Shown one piece after another: positions 54,057 through 62,132 of a DNA stretch of 64,000 nucleotides (position 1 is its first letter; the number at the start of each line of letters is the position of its first letter). The DNA lies in NCBI GenBank assembly GCA_964291625.2, contig OZ220089.1:2784001-2848000 (forward strand), in the 5' to 3' direction. Source of the stretch: Candidatus Latescibacterota bacterium (lineage in GTDB: Bacteria > Latescibacterota > UBA2968 > UBA8231). The notes under the pieces were generated by a model, which did no database searches, was not told the origin of the DNA, and saw only the letters and a program-made list of their open reading frames with translations. The position numbers and the translations under genes were made by a program.

Positions 54057-55610
54057 ATGCTGATTCTGCGCAAGGCAGCACCGATCGCCGTAGCCCTTTC
54101 CCTCGCCGTGGCGGGCGGGGTCTTCGCCGGGGACAACGAGAACGCGACCTTCACCCTCGTGGGCGAGATGTCCGTCTCCGATGTGGGGGCCGACGAGAGG
54201 GTGAGCCTGGAGGTTGCCGCGGAGGGTTTGGTGGGGGTAAAGCAGTTGGAGGTCGTTCTGCAGGTCTCCGACGCCGCCCACTTCAACCTGAGTTCCGCCC
54301 GACTCGCCCTCGGGGGTGCCTTCGAGGATGTCCAGACCTTGCAGACACCCGGCCTCGTGGAGGAGGGGACGGACAACCAGGTGCGTATGGCCGCCGCCGT
54401 CACCCCGCCGGACCAGGTCGATGGGGAGGCGTCCCTCACCTTGTCGGTGAAGACCTCCGATAGTTTCACGGCCCAGACGGAGGCCTCCTTGAGCGTGGCC
54501 CTGATCTCCATCGGCCCGAGCCGGGAGGACCGCGACGAGTTTACCGCTGAGAGTCTCGGCCTCTCGGTGACGATCAACCCGCCCCCTCCGCCGGTGACCG
54601 AGCCCACTCTGACCGCCTCCACGGCCACCGACGTGAGCGCCGACTACTCGGCCCTGGAGATGGGGTCCTCCGCCGACGGCAGTGACGGCGAGGTCGCCTT
54701 GGGCGTCACCTTTGCCGACGCCACGGGTGCCGCCGCGGCCGGGCAGACGATCACCTTCACCGTGAGCAACGCCGGCTCCGAGACGGTCCATGTCCTCGGC
54801 GAGGGGTCCCTGGCCGGGGGCGAGAGCCTCGAGGTCAGCGTCGACACCGACGCCTCCGGGGCCGCCTCCATCACCCTCGACGCCGAGGGCGACAAGTTCG
54901 CCGGCAGTACCAGCGCCTCGATTTCGGCCGCCACCAGCGCCCCCAACACCGAGGGGGTGTCCAGGGATCTGAGTGTCGACTTCAGCGTCACCTGGGACGT
55001 TCCCGTACCCGCCGAGCTCGCCAGCTTTGCCGGTGAGATCGTCGGCGAGGACGAGATTCTCCTGCGCTGGGGGGTCGCCGCCCAGACCAACAATCTCGGC
55101 TGGGAGGTCTACCGTAGCGTGGACGGCCAGGTCTATGAGCGCGTGGGCGACCTGGTTCCGGGCGCCGGCACCAGCGACGAGTTCCGCACCTACGAGTTCG
55201 TCGATGTCGATCCGCCGGCTGCCGATGTGGTCTTCTACTACCTGCGGCAGATCGATCTGAACGGCGCCGTCAGTCGCTCCGAGACCATCGAGGTCGTCTT
55301 CGCCACCGGACTGGGGGAGCAGGTCGTACCGCTCACCAGCGCCCTGGGGCAGAACTACCCCAACCCCTTCAACCCGGGCACCACCATTCGCTTCGACCTC
55401 GCCGAGGGGTCCTTCGTGACCCTGCGGATCTACGACGGTCTGGGCCAGCGGGTGCGCACCCTCACCGAGGCAGCTCTGCCCGCCGGCAGTTACGGCAAGA
55501 CCTGGGACGGGCGTGACGCGCGGGGTATGAGAGTGGGCAGCGGCGTCTACTACTATGAGCTGCGCGCCGGGTCCTTCGTCTCCATGAAGAAGATGACCCT
55601 CATACACTAG
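54057..55610 (+). CDS. Secreted Ig-like protein with PVEL-type pre-CTD module and FlgD-Ig C-terminal domain
   Basis: Signal peptide ...GVFA; invasin/Big-like GQTITFTV...TDASGAASITL; VPAELASF...LRW...YYLRQIDLNG; NYPNPFNP...GSGVYYY...KKMTLIH. Confidence 0.85.
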   Translation: MLILRKAAPIAVALSLAVAGGVFAGDNENATFTLVGEMSVSDVGADERVSLEVAAEGLVGVKQLEVVLQVSDAAHFNLSSARLALGGAFEDVQTLQTPGLVEEGTDNQVRMAAAVTPPDQVDGEASLTLSVKTSDSFTAQTEASLSVALISIGPSREDRDEFTAESLGLSVTINPPPPPVTEPTLTASTATDVSADYSALEMGSSADGSDGEVALGVTFADATGAAAAGQTITFTVSNAGSETVHVLGEGSLAGGESLEVSVDTDASGAASITLDAEGDKFAGSTSASISAATSAPNTEGVSRDLSVDFSVTWDVPVPAELASFAGEIVGEDEILLRWGVAAQTNNLGWEVYRSVDGQVYERVGDLVPGAGTSDEFRTYEFVDVDPPAADVVFYYLRQIDLNGAVSRSETIEVVFATGLGEQVVPLTSALGQNYPNPFNPGTTIRFDLAEGSFVTLRIYDGLGQRVRTLTEAALPAGSYGKTWDGRDARGMRVGSGVYYYELRAGSFVSMKKMTLIH

Positions 55611-55651
55611 AGAGAGTCGATGCCCGGGCCGACAGTGGTCGCGGAGCACAC

Positions 55652-55686
55652 GGCCGCCGGAACCCGACCGGGATCCGGCGGCCTTT
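55652..55686 (+). terminator. Rho-independent terminator-like hairpin
   Basis: GGCCGCCGGA...TCCGGCGGCC followed by TTT. Confidence 0.6.
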
Positions 55687-55699
55687 GTACATTAGAGAC

Positions 55700-56386
55700 A
55701 TGGCTCGTCTGAAGGTCCTGTTCTTCGCCTCCTGCCGTGAAGCCGCCGGCCTCCGGGAGACCGATGTCGTGCTCGAGGGTCCCAGTACCGTGGCCGGACT
55801 CCTCGACACACTCTGCCGCCGGCACCCGTCCCTGGGGCCTCTCTCGGGCTCCCTGCAGGTGGCCGTGAACGCCGAGTACGCCTCCCGCGACGCCAGCCTG
55901 CGCGATGGCGACGAGGTCGCCCTCATCCCGCCCGTCAGCGGCGGCTCGGGCGACCTCTTCCGCATCGTCACGGAGGCCATTGCCGTGGACGCCCTGCAGG
56001 ACCGGGTGCGGGCCCCGGGCGACGGGGCGGTCGTCACCTTTTCGGGCACGGTCCGCAACCGCACGGGGGAGGTGGAGACCTCCTACCTGGAGTACGAGGC
56101 CTACCCGGAGATGGCGGAACGCGTCATGGCGCGCCTGGCCGAAGAGGCCCGGGAGCGCTGGCCGGTGGGCCGGATCGGCATCCTGCACCGCGTCGGCCGC
56201 CTGGAGATCGGCGAGATCTCCATCCTCGTGAGCGTTGCCGCCGGTCACCGGCGCGAGGCTTTCGAGGCCTGTCACCACCTGGTGGACCGGCTCAAGGAGG
56301 AGGTCCCCATCTGGAAGAAGGAGGTCGGCCCCGACGGCCAGTATTGGGTCGAGGGTCCGGCCGTCCGGGAGGCGCCGGCGCCATGA
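55700..56386 (+). CDS. moaE: Fused molybdopterin synthase MoaD-MoaE
   Basis: MoaD part ...VAVNAEY...DGDEVALIPPVSGG fused to MoaE GAVVTFSGTVR, YEAYPEMA, HRVG, PIWKKE. Confidence 0.9.
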   Translation: MARLKVLFFASCREAAGLRETDVVLEGPSTVAGLLDTLCRRHPSLGPLSGSLQVAVNAEYASRDASLRDGDEVALIPPVSGGSGDLFRIVTEAIAVDALQDRVRAPGDGAVVTFSGTVRNRTGEVETSYLEYEAYPEMAERVMARLAEEARERWPVGRIGILHRVGRLEIGEISILVSVAAGHRREAFEACHHLVDRLKEEVPIWKKEVGPDGQYWVEGPAVREAPAP

Positions 56387-56832
56387 TCCTCAACTTCGGA
56401 TGGATCCGGCCCGGCCGCATGGCCGGCTTCGGCCTTTCGGGGGAGCTGACGGCGGCCAATCTCCACACCCTGGAGAGCGCCGGCGTGGGCGCCCTGGTCT
56501 CCCTTACCGCGCAGGCCGTGTGGCCGGAGCCGCGGGGCCTGCGCTATCTGCACCTGCCGGTCCGGGACATGTCCGTCCCGGACCCCGGGCAGATCGACCG
56601 TTTCCTGGAGTTCGTCAACGCCGCCGAGAGCGACGGGCTGGCGGCCGCCGTCCACTGCCGGGCCGGGCTGGGGCGCACGGGCACCATGCTCGCGTGCTAT
56701 CTCGTGGCCCGGGGCGCGGACCCGGAGGACGCCCTGGAGGAGGTCCGCCGCCGCCGTCCCGGGTCGGTGGAGACCCCCGGCCAGGAGGCGGCGGTGCGCG
56801 CCTGTGCCTGGCGGTTGCGCGTTTCGAGCTGA
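56383..56832 (+). CDS. Dual-specificity protein phosphatase family
   Basis: VHCRAGLGRTGT (CX5R), RPGSVET..Q; ATGA coupling. Confidence 0.88.
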   Translation: MILNFGWIRPGRMAGFGLSGELTAANLHTLESAGVGALVSLTAQAVWPEPRGLRYLHLPVRDMSVPDPGQIDRFLEFVNAAESDGLAAAVHCRAGLGRTGTMLACYLVARGADPEDALEEVRRRRPGSVETPGQEAAVRACAWRLRVSS

Positions 56833-56898
56833 CCGCGCGCGGGGCATCCGAGCCTCGCGGGGCCGCGGCTCATCCATCGAGAGGGGAGGGCTTCTTGC

Positions 56899-57090
56899 AT
56901 GGATACTGGATTCCCCACCTGCCTGAAGTGCGAGCAGGGTGTGCTGGTGCCGCTGTCCGACTACGGACGCGAGGGCGCCGCAATCCACTACAAGGCCTGG
57001 GTCTGCACCTATCCGGAGTGCGGATACAACCTCCGCATCGACAACGGCGAGCTCAGCGTCGGCAAGGAGGTCCGGGAATCCTGGAAATAG
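56899..57090 (+). CDS. Small zinc-ribbon protein
   Basis: CLKC...CTYPEC; GGGAGGG RBS; LVPLSDYG..YKAWVC. Confidence 0.75.
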   Translation: MDTGFPTCLKCEQGVLVPLSDYGREGAAIHYKAWVCTYPECGYNLRIDNGELSVGKEVRESWK

Positions 57091-57109
57091 CCTCCTCGCG
57101 GGCCTCCTG

Positions 57110-58030
57110 ATGCGGCGCTGGCTCTTCGCCGACTGGGGGCTCAAGGTCGGCGCCGTCCTGTTGGGGGGCTGCCTGTGGCTCTACGCCGTCAGCGGCCACC
57201 CCTTCAGCCGGGAGTTCGCCATCCCCCTGGAGGTCGCCGATCCCGCCAACCCCACCGGCGGCTCCCCCATCGTCCTGGCGAGCCGGCCGCCGTCCACGGT
57301 GCGCGTCGTCGTCAGGGGCGTCGGCATGGACCTGCTGCGCACCTCCGCCTCCGACCTGGAGCTGAGCGTCGCGCCCAGGTGGTCCCGGGAGCTGGGCACC
57401 CTCACGGTCCGCCTGAGGCAGGACCAGGTGAAGATCAACACCGAGTACGACATCGTCGTCGAGAGGGTGGTCGAGCCCCGCGAGCTCAGTCTGCAGGTCG
57501 ACCGGCGCGCCGAGCGCAGCGTACCCGTCCGCCCGAGGGTCGGCCTCCGGATCGCCGATGCCTATACCCAGGTCGGCGGTGTGCGCGTCTCCCCGGATTC
57601 CGTGCGCATGGTCGGACCCGCGAGCCAGGTGAGGTCCGTCGACGGCATCGAGACCGACTCCCTCTTCGCGGAGGATGTCCGGGCCGATGTCGACCGGACG
57701 GTGGCGGTCCGCAAGCCGGAGGACACCATGATCACCCTCATCCCCGAGCAGGTGAGGGTTACCATCGACGTGCAGGAGCTGGCCGAGTACGAGATCCACG
57801 ATGTGCCCGTCGCCGTCCGCGGGGGCCCCGAGGGCGCCGCGGCCAGCCCCGCCCGGGTCACCGTGCGCGTCCGCGGCGGCGCCGACCTCATCGGGGCCCT
57901 GGATCCCGAGACCGACCTCGGCCTCTACGTGGAGTATGCCGCCGGCCGGCTCCCCATCAGGATCCCGGGAGACCGCCTCTACGAGGTCCGCCAGATCGTC
58001 CCGGCCGACGCCGAAGTCCTGCTGCCCTGA
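57110..58030 (+). CDS. YbbR/CdaR-like domain protein
   Basis: N-terminal TM (LKVGAVLLGGCLW) and three YbbR-like repeats (PSTVRVVVRG, PDSVRMVGP, PARVTVRVRG). Confidence 0.8.
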   Translation: MRRWLFADWGLKVGAVLLGGCLWLYAVSGHPFSREFAIPLEVADPANPTGGSPIVLASRPPSTVRVVVRGVGMDLLRTSASDLELSVAPRWSRELGTLTVRLRQDQVKINTEYDIVVERVVEPRELSLQVDRRAERSVPVRPRVGLRIADAYTQVGGVRVSPDSVRMVGPASQVRSVDGIETDSLFAEDVRADVDRTVAVRKPEDTMITLIPEQVRVTIDVQELAEYEIHDVPVAVRGGPEGAAASPARVTVRVRGGADLIGALDPETDLGLYVEYAAGRLPIRIPGDRLYEVRQIVPADAEVLLP

Positions 58031-58034
58031 ACGA

Positions 58035-59057
58035 GTGACCCTCCTCGGCCTCGAGACCTCCTGCGACGAGACCTCCGCCGCCGTTCTCGACGACGGCGGC
58101 AGCGTCCTCTCCAACGTAGTTCTGTCCCAGCAGGATCACGCCGCCTACGGGGGGGTGGTCCCGGAACTCGCCTCCCGGGCCCATCTGCGCACCCTGCAGC
58201 CCGTCGTCGAGCAGGCCCTGCGGGAGGCGGATGCCTCCCTGGACGACCTCCAGGCGGTGGCCGTCACCTTCGGCCCCGGTCTTGTGGGCTCCCTCCTCGT
58301 GGGGGTCAACTTCGCCAAGGCCCTGGCCTGGGCCCGGGGGCTGGAACTGGTCGGCGTCCATCACCTGGAGGGCCACCTGTTCTCCGCCCGCCTCGGCGGC
58401 GACGGCCTGGAGCCCCCCTTCGCGGCCCTCCTCGTCTCCGGGGGGCACACCGAGCTGATCCACGTCCGGGCCTGGGGCGACTACCGCTGCCTCGGCCGCA
58501 CCCTCGACGACGCCGCCGGGGAGGCCTTCGACAAGGTCGCCCGGCTCCTGGGCCTGCTCTCCTCCACCTCGGCCGTGCACGGCGGGCGGGTCGTCTCCGA
58601 AGCCGCGGAGAGCGGTGATCCCCGGGCCGTCGACCTGCCCCGGGCGCGGCCGGACCGGGAGGGCCTCGACTTCAGCTTCAGCGGCCTCAAGACGGCGGTC
58701 CGGCGCCGGCTCGCGGACGGCGGCGGGGCGGGACCGTCCACCCAGGACGTGGCCGCCTCCTTCCAGGAAGCGGTGGTCGACGTCCTCGTGGGCCGCACCG
58801 AAGAGGCCGTGGACAAGACCGGCGTGGAGCGGGTCGCCCTGGTCGGCGGCGTGGCCGCGAACCGGCGCCTGCGCCAGCGGCTGCGGGCAGCCCTCGACTC
58901 CCGGGGGGCGGCCCTCTTCGTGCCCGAGCCGGTGCTGTGTACGGACAACGCCGCCATGATCGCCGCCGCCGGCCGCTTCCGTCTCCTCCGCGGCGAGGGC
59001 GGCGACTTCGGGCTGGACGCCCGCCCCCGTCCGCCGCTGCCCGGGCTGGAGGCGTGA
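58035..59057 (+). CDS. tsaD: tRNA N6-adenosine threonylcarbamoyltransferase
   Basis: LGLETSCDETSAA, GGVVPELASRAH, HHLEGH, VSGGHT, DDAAGEAFDK, FSFSGLKT, CTDNAAMI. Confidence 0.96.
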   Translation: MTLLGLETSCDETSAAVLDDGGSVLSNVVLSQQDHAAYGGVVPELASRAHLRTLQPVVEQALREADASLDDLQAVAVTFGPGLVGSLLVGVNFAKALAWARGLELVGVHHLEGHLFSARLGGDGLEPPFAALLVSGGHTELIHVRAWGDYRCLGRTLDDAAGEAFDKVARLLGLLSSTSAVHGGRVVSEAAESGDPRAVDLPRARPDREGLDFSFSGLKTAVRRRLADGGGAGPSTQDVAASFQEAVVDVLVGRTEEAVDKTGVERVALVGGVAANRRLRQRLRAALDSRGAALFVPEPVLCTDNAAMIAAAGRFRLLRGEGGDFGLDARPRPPLPGLEA

Positions 59058-61177
59058 CCGCCCCGGGATGGTCCCTGGACGGGGTCTGGCTCTGGCTCCT
59101 GCTGGTTCCGGTCCTCGCCTGGCTGGGCCGCTGGATCTACCGCCGCACCCGGCCCTCGGTCGACCCCGCCTCCGGGCGCCTCCTCTGGATCCTGCGGGGC
59201 TCGGCCCTGGCCCTGATCCTCCTTGTGCTCGCCGAGCCGCTGCTCTCCTGGTTTGCCAGGAGCGCCCGCCGGCCGGTGGTCGTCGCCCTCCTCGACACCA
59301 GCGCCTCCATGAACGTCGTCGAGCAGGGGAGCAGCCGCCTCCACCGGGCCGCGGAGGTCCTCGGCGGCGGCCTGCGGGAGGATCTGCGCGACGCCGTGGT
59401 GCGCGGGTTCTCCGGGCGTCCCTATCCCCTCTCTCTCGACACCCTCTCCCGGGTCGCCGCCGCCGGCTGGTCCACCGACCTCGCTGCCGCCCTGGTCTCC
59501 GCCGAGGACGCCGTCCCCGGGGGCCGAACCCTGGGGGGCGTGCTGCTGATCTCCGACGGGCGCCACAATCTCGGGGAGGACCCCGCCGCCGTGGCCGCCG
59601 CCCTCGGCGTGCCCGTCCACGCTCTTGGCACCGGTTCCGGCGAGCCGGCGGCGGACGTGCAGCTCCTCTCCGCCGCGGCCCCCGACGCCGCCTTCGCGGG
59701 GCGCCCCGTCCGCCTGCGTCTCTCCCTGCGCAGCTGGGGATACCAGGGGCAGGCGGCGCAGGTGAGCGTCTCCACCGAGGAGAAGGAGCTCGTCCGCTCC
59801 CGGGTCGTTCTCGGCGCCGACGGCCAGGTGCTGCCCGCCGACCTCGAGTTGCCGCCCCTCGCCGCGGGTCCGCACCTGCTCACGGTCGCCGTCGGCGGCC
59901 TCGGCGGTGAGGTGACCGCGCAGAACAACCGCCGGCTCCTGTCCCTGCACCTGCGCCGGGACCGCCTTCGCGTCCTCCTCGCCGCGGGAGGTCCCGGCGC
60001 CGAGGCCGCCTTCCTGCGGCGCGCCCTGGCCGCCGACTCCTCCCTGCAGGTGACCGCCCGCATCCGGCGGGACGACCGCTCCTTCTACGGCGGCGGGCCC
60101 CTCCCCGGGAGCCTGGAGGGCTGGGACTGCCTGGTCCTGGTCGATCCGGACGCGGATCTGGCTGGCGCTCTCGGCGGCCTCGAGGGATTCCTGCGCTCGG
60201 GGCGAGGGCTTCTCGTCCTCGCCGGGTCCCGCTTGCTGCGCGCTCCCGGGCCGCTGGAGCGCCTGCTGCCCCTCTCCTGGGACCGGCCCCCCGTCATCGA
60301 GGTCACCGGAGATCCCGTGGAGGCGGCTGCCGAGGGCCGCGGCCATCCCCTGGGCCGGTTGCTCGCACAGACGACCGCCGCCGGGGACTCCTGGCGCGGC
60401 TGGCCGCCCCTGGCGGGCACCCTCCGGGCGGGCCGTCCGGGGCCCGGGTCCCGCCTGCTGCTGCGCACATCGGCGGGGGACCCGGTGCTGGTGGCCGGCT
60501 CCGTGGGGCCCGGCCGGGTGCTGGTGGCCGCCGGCACCGGCTTCTGGCGCCTGGATCTGCTCGCCGCCGGCCTCGGCGAGCAGGCGCGGAGCCTGCGCGC
60601 CTTCTGGCCCGCCGCCGTCCGCTGGCTGGCCGCCGCCTCGGCGGAGGGCCGGGTCCGCTCCTCCCCGGAGAGTCCCGTGTACCGCGCCGGCGAGCCCGCC
60701 GCGGTGGTGGCCGAGGTCTACGACGAGCTCAACCAGCCCGTCGATTCGGCCCGCGTCGCCATCCGCCTGGCGCCCGGCGGCCGGGAGTCGGCCATGGAGC
60801 CGGCAGGGGCCGGCCGCTTCCGCGCCGCCTGGACCGGTCTGGAGGCCGGAGAATACACCTATGAGGTCGAGGCCTCCCACGGGGGGGCCGGCCTCGGCCG
60901 CTCCGGGGGGCGCTTCGTCGTCGAGAGCCACTCGGTGGAGGCCGTGGACCTGCGCGCCGACCCCGGTCTCCTGGCCGGGATCGCCGCCGTCAGCGGCGGC
61001 GAGTACCGGCCCCTGGAGGGCTGGCGGGACCTGCGCGCCCGCCTGCGCCCGCCGCCGCGGGTGGTCCCCGAGGAGCGGCGGCTGTCCGTCGAGGTCGACC
61101 AGTACCTGTGGCTGTCGCTGGCCGCCCTTTTGCTTGCTGGGGAGTGGGTGATCCGCAAGCGAGGAGGGATGCTGTGA
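59054..61177 (+). CDS. Membrane-anchored VWA plus glutamine-amidotransferase-like domain protein
   Basis: N-terminal TMs, MIDAS LDTSASM, STDL, ISDGRHN; C-terminal EWVIRKRGG. Confidence 0.75.
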   Translation: MTAPGWSLDGVWLWLLLVPVLAWLGRWIYRRTRPSVDPASGRLLWILRGSALALILLVLAEPLLSWFARSARRPVVVALLDTSASMNVVEQGSSRLHRAAEVLGGGLREDLRDAVVRGFSGRPYPLSLDTLSRVAAAGWSTDLAAALVSAEDAVPGGRTLGGVLLISDGRHNLGEDPAAVAAALGVPVHALGTGSGEPAADVQLLSAAAPDAAFAGRPVRLRLSLRSWGYQGQAAQVSVSTEEKELVRSRVVLGADGQVLPADLELPPLAAGPHLLTVAVGGLGGEVTAQNNRRLLSLHLRRDRLRVLLAAGGPGAEAAFLRRALAADSSLQVTARIRRDDRSFYGGGPLPGSLEGWDCLVLVDPDADLAGALGGLEGFLRSGRGLLVLAGSRLLRAPGPLERLLPLSWDRPPVIEVTGDPVEAAAEGRGHPLGRLLAQTTAAGDSWRGWPPLAGTLRAGRPGPGSRLLLRTSAGDPVLVAGSVGPGRVLVAAGTGFWRLDLLAAGLGEQARSLRAFWPAAVRWLAAASAEGRVRSSPESPVYRAGEPAAVVAEVYDELNQPVDSARVAIRLAPGGRESAMEPAGAGRFRAAWTGLEAGEYTYEVEASHGGAGLGRSGGRFVVESHSVEAVDLRADPGLLAGIAAVSGGEYRPLEGWRDLRARLRPPPRVVPEERRLSVEVDQYLWLSLAALLLAGEWVIRKRGGML

Positions 61178-62049
61178 CCGCACGGGTTGTCTCAACGCGC
61201 CGGCTCCGCCCTACGGCCGCCGCTCTCCTGGCCGTCCTCTGGGGCCAGGCCGCGCCCGCGCCGGCGCGGGTGATTGTGAGCGAGGTCCTGGCCGATCCCG
61301 CCGGCAGCGAGCACCACGAGGAGTTCGTGGAGCTGCGCAACACCGGCGCCGAGTCCGTCGACCTGGCGGGTTGGCGCCTCGGCGACGCCCACGAGCTGGA
61401 CGCCCTCGTCGACGCCGGCTCCGGCACCCGCCTGGCCCCCGGGGCCTTCGCCGTCGTGGTCGACGGCAGCTATGGCGGCAACTCCGCGGCCTACGACTCG
61501 GTGCAAAGGTGGGCAGGAATCCTTACTATTGAGGACAGGTCCTTCGGCCGCGCCGGTTGGTCCAACTCCGCTCCCGAGACGGTCCTCCTGCGCGATGCCC
61601 ACGGCGCCTTGGCCGACTCTTTCACCTACGATCCCTCCGAGGGGATCGCCGGCCACTCCTGGGAGCGCCAGGGCGGGGAGCCGCCCGCCTGGCGGGTCTC
61701 CTACCTCGCCGGCGGCACCCCCGGGCGGGCCAACAGCGTCGACCAGGCGCCGGCCGCCGGCGGCCTCATCCAGATCGAGGCCCGGCCCGACCTCTTCGGC
61801 GGCCGCTTGGAGTTGCTGTGCCGCCTCCCCGCGGCGCCGGCCCTGCTGGCGGTCACGCTCTTCGATGCCGAGGGACGCCGGGTGGCGCGGCTCTCCGACT
61901 GGCGCCCTGCCGCCATCGAGACGCGCCTGGCCTGGGACGGACTCGACGCCCGCGGGAGTCCCGCCGCCCCGGGGCTGTACGTGGTCTTTGCGCAGGCGAG
62001 CGCCGGTGGCCGCATCGCCGGCGGCAAGCGGGTCGTGACCCGGCGCTGA
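61174..62049 (+). CDS. Secreted lamin-tail-domain protein with degenerate FlgD-Ig C-terminus
   Basis: VSEVLADP..EFVELRN...VDLAGW, GTPGRANS; LFDAEGRRV...WDGLDARG...PGLY. Confidence 0.75.
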   Translation: MTARVVSTRRLRPTAAALLAVLWGQAAPAPARVIVSEVLADPAGSEHHEEFVELRNTGAESVDLAGWRLGDAHELDALVDAGSGTRLAPGAFAVVVDGSYGGNSAAYDSVQRWAGILTIEDRSFGRAGWSNSAPETVLLRDAHGALADSFTYDPSEGIAGHSWERQGGEPPAWRVSYLAGGTPGRANSVDQAPAAGGLIQIEARPDLFGGRLELLCRLPAAPALLAVTLFDAEGRRVARLSDWRPAAIETRLAWDGLDARGSPAAPGLYVVFAQASAGGRIAGGKRVVTRR

Positions 62050-62132
62050 AGCACCCTGGGAGGCCCTCCCCCGGTCCTCCTTCGTTCCCCTTGCCAAAGG
62101 TCCCGTCCATCCGGGGCGAGCAGGGCATCCAC

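Noticed and set aside
48604-55650. Horizontally acquired genomic island (shifted composition)
   Set aside because: No mobility genes or boundary repeats seen; the shift is compatible with Asp/Thr/Val-rich composition and high-expression codon bias, though transfer is not excluded
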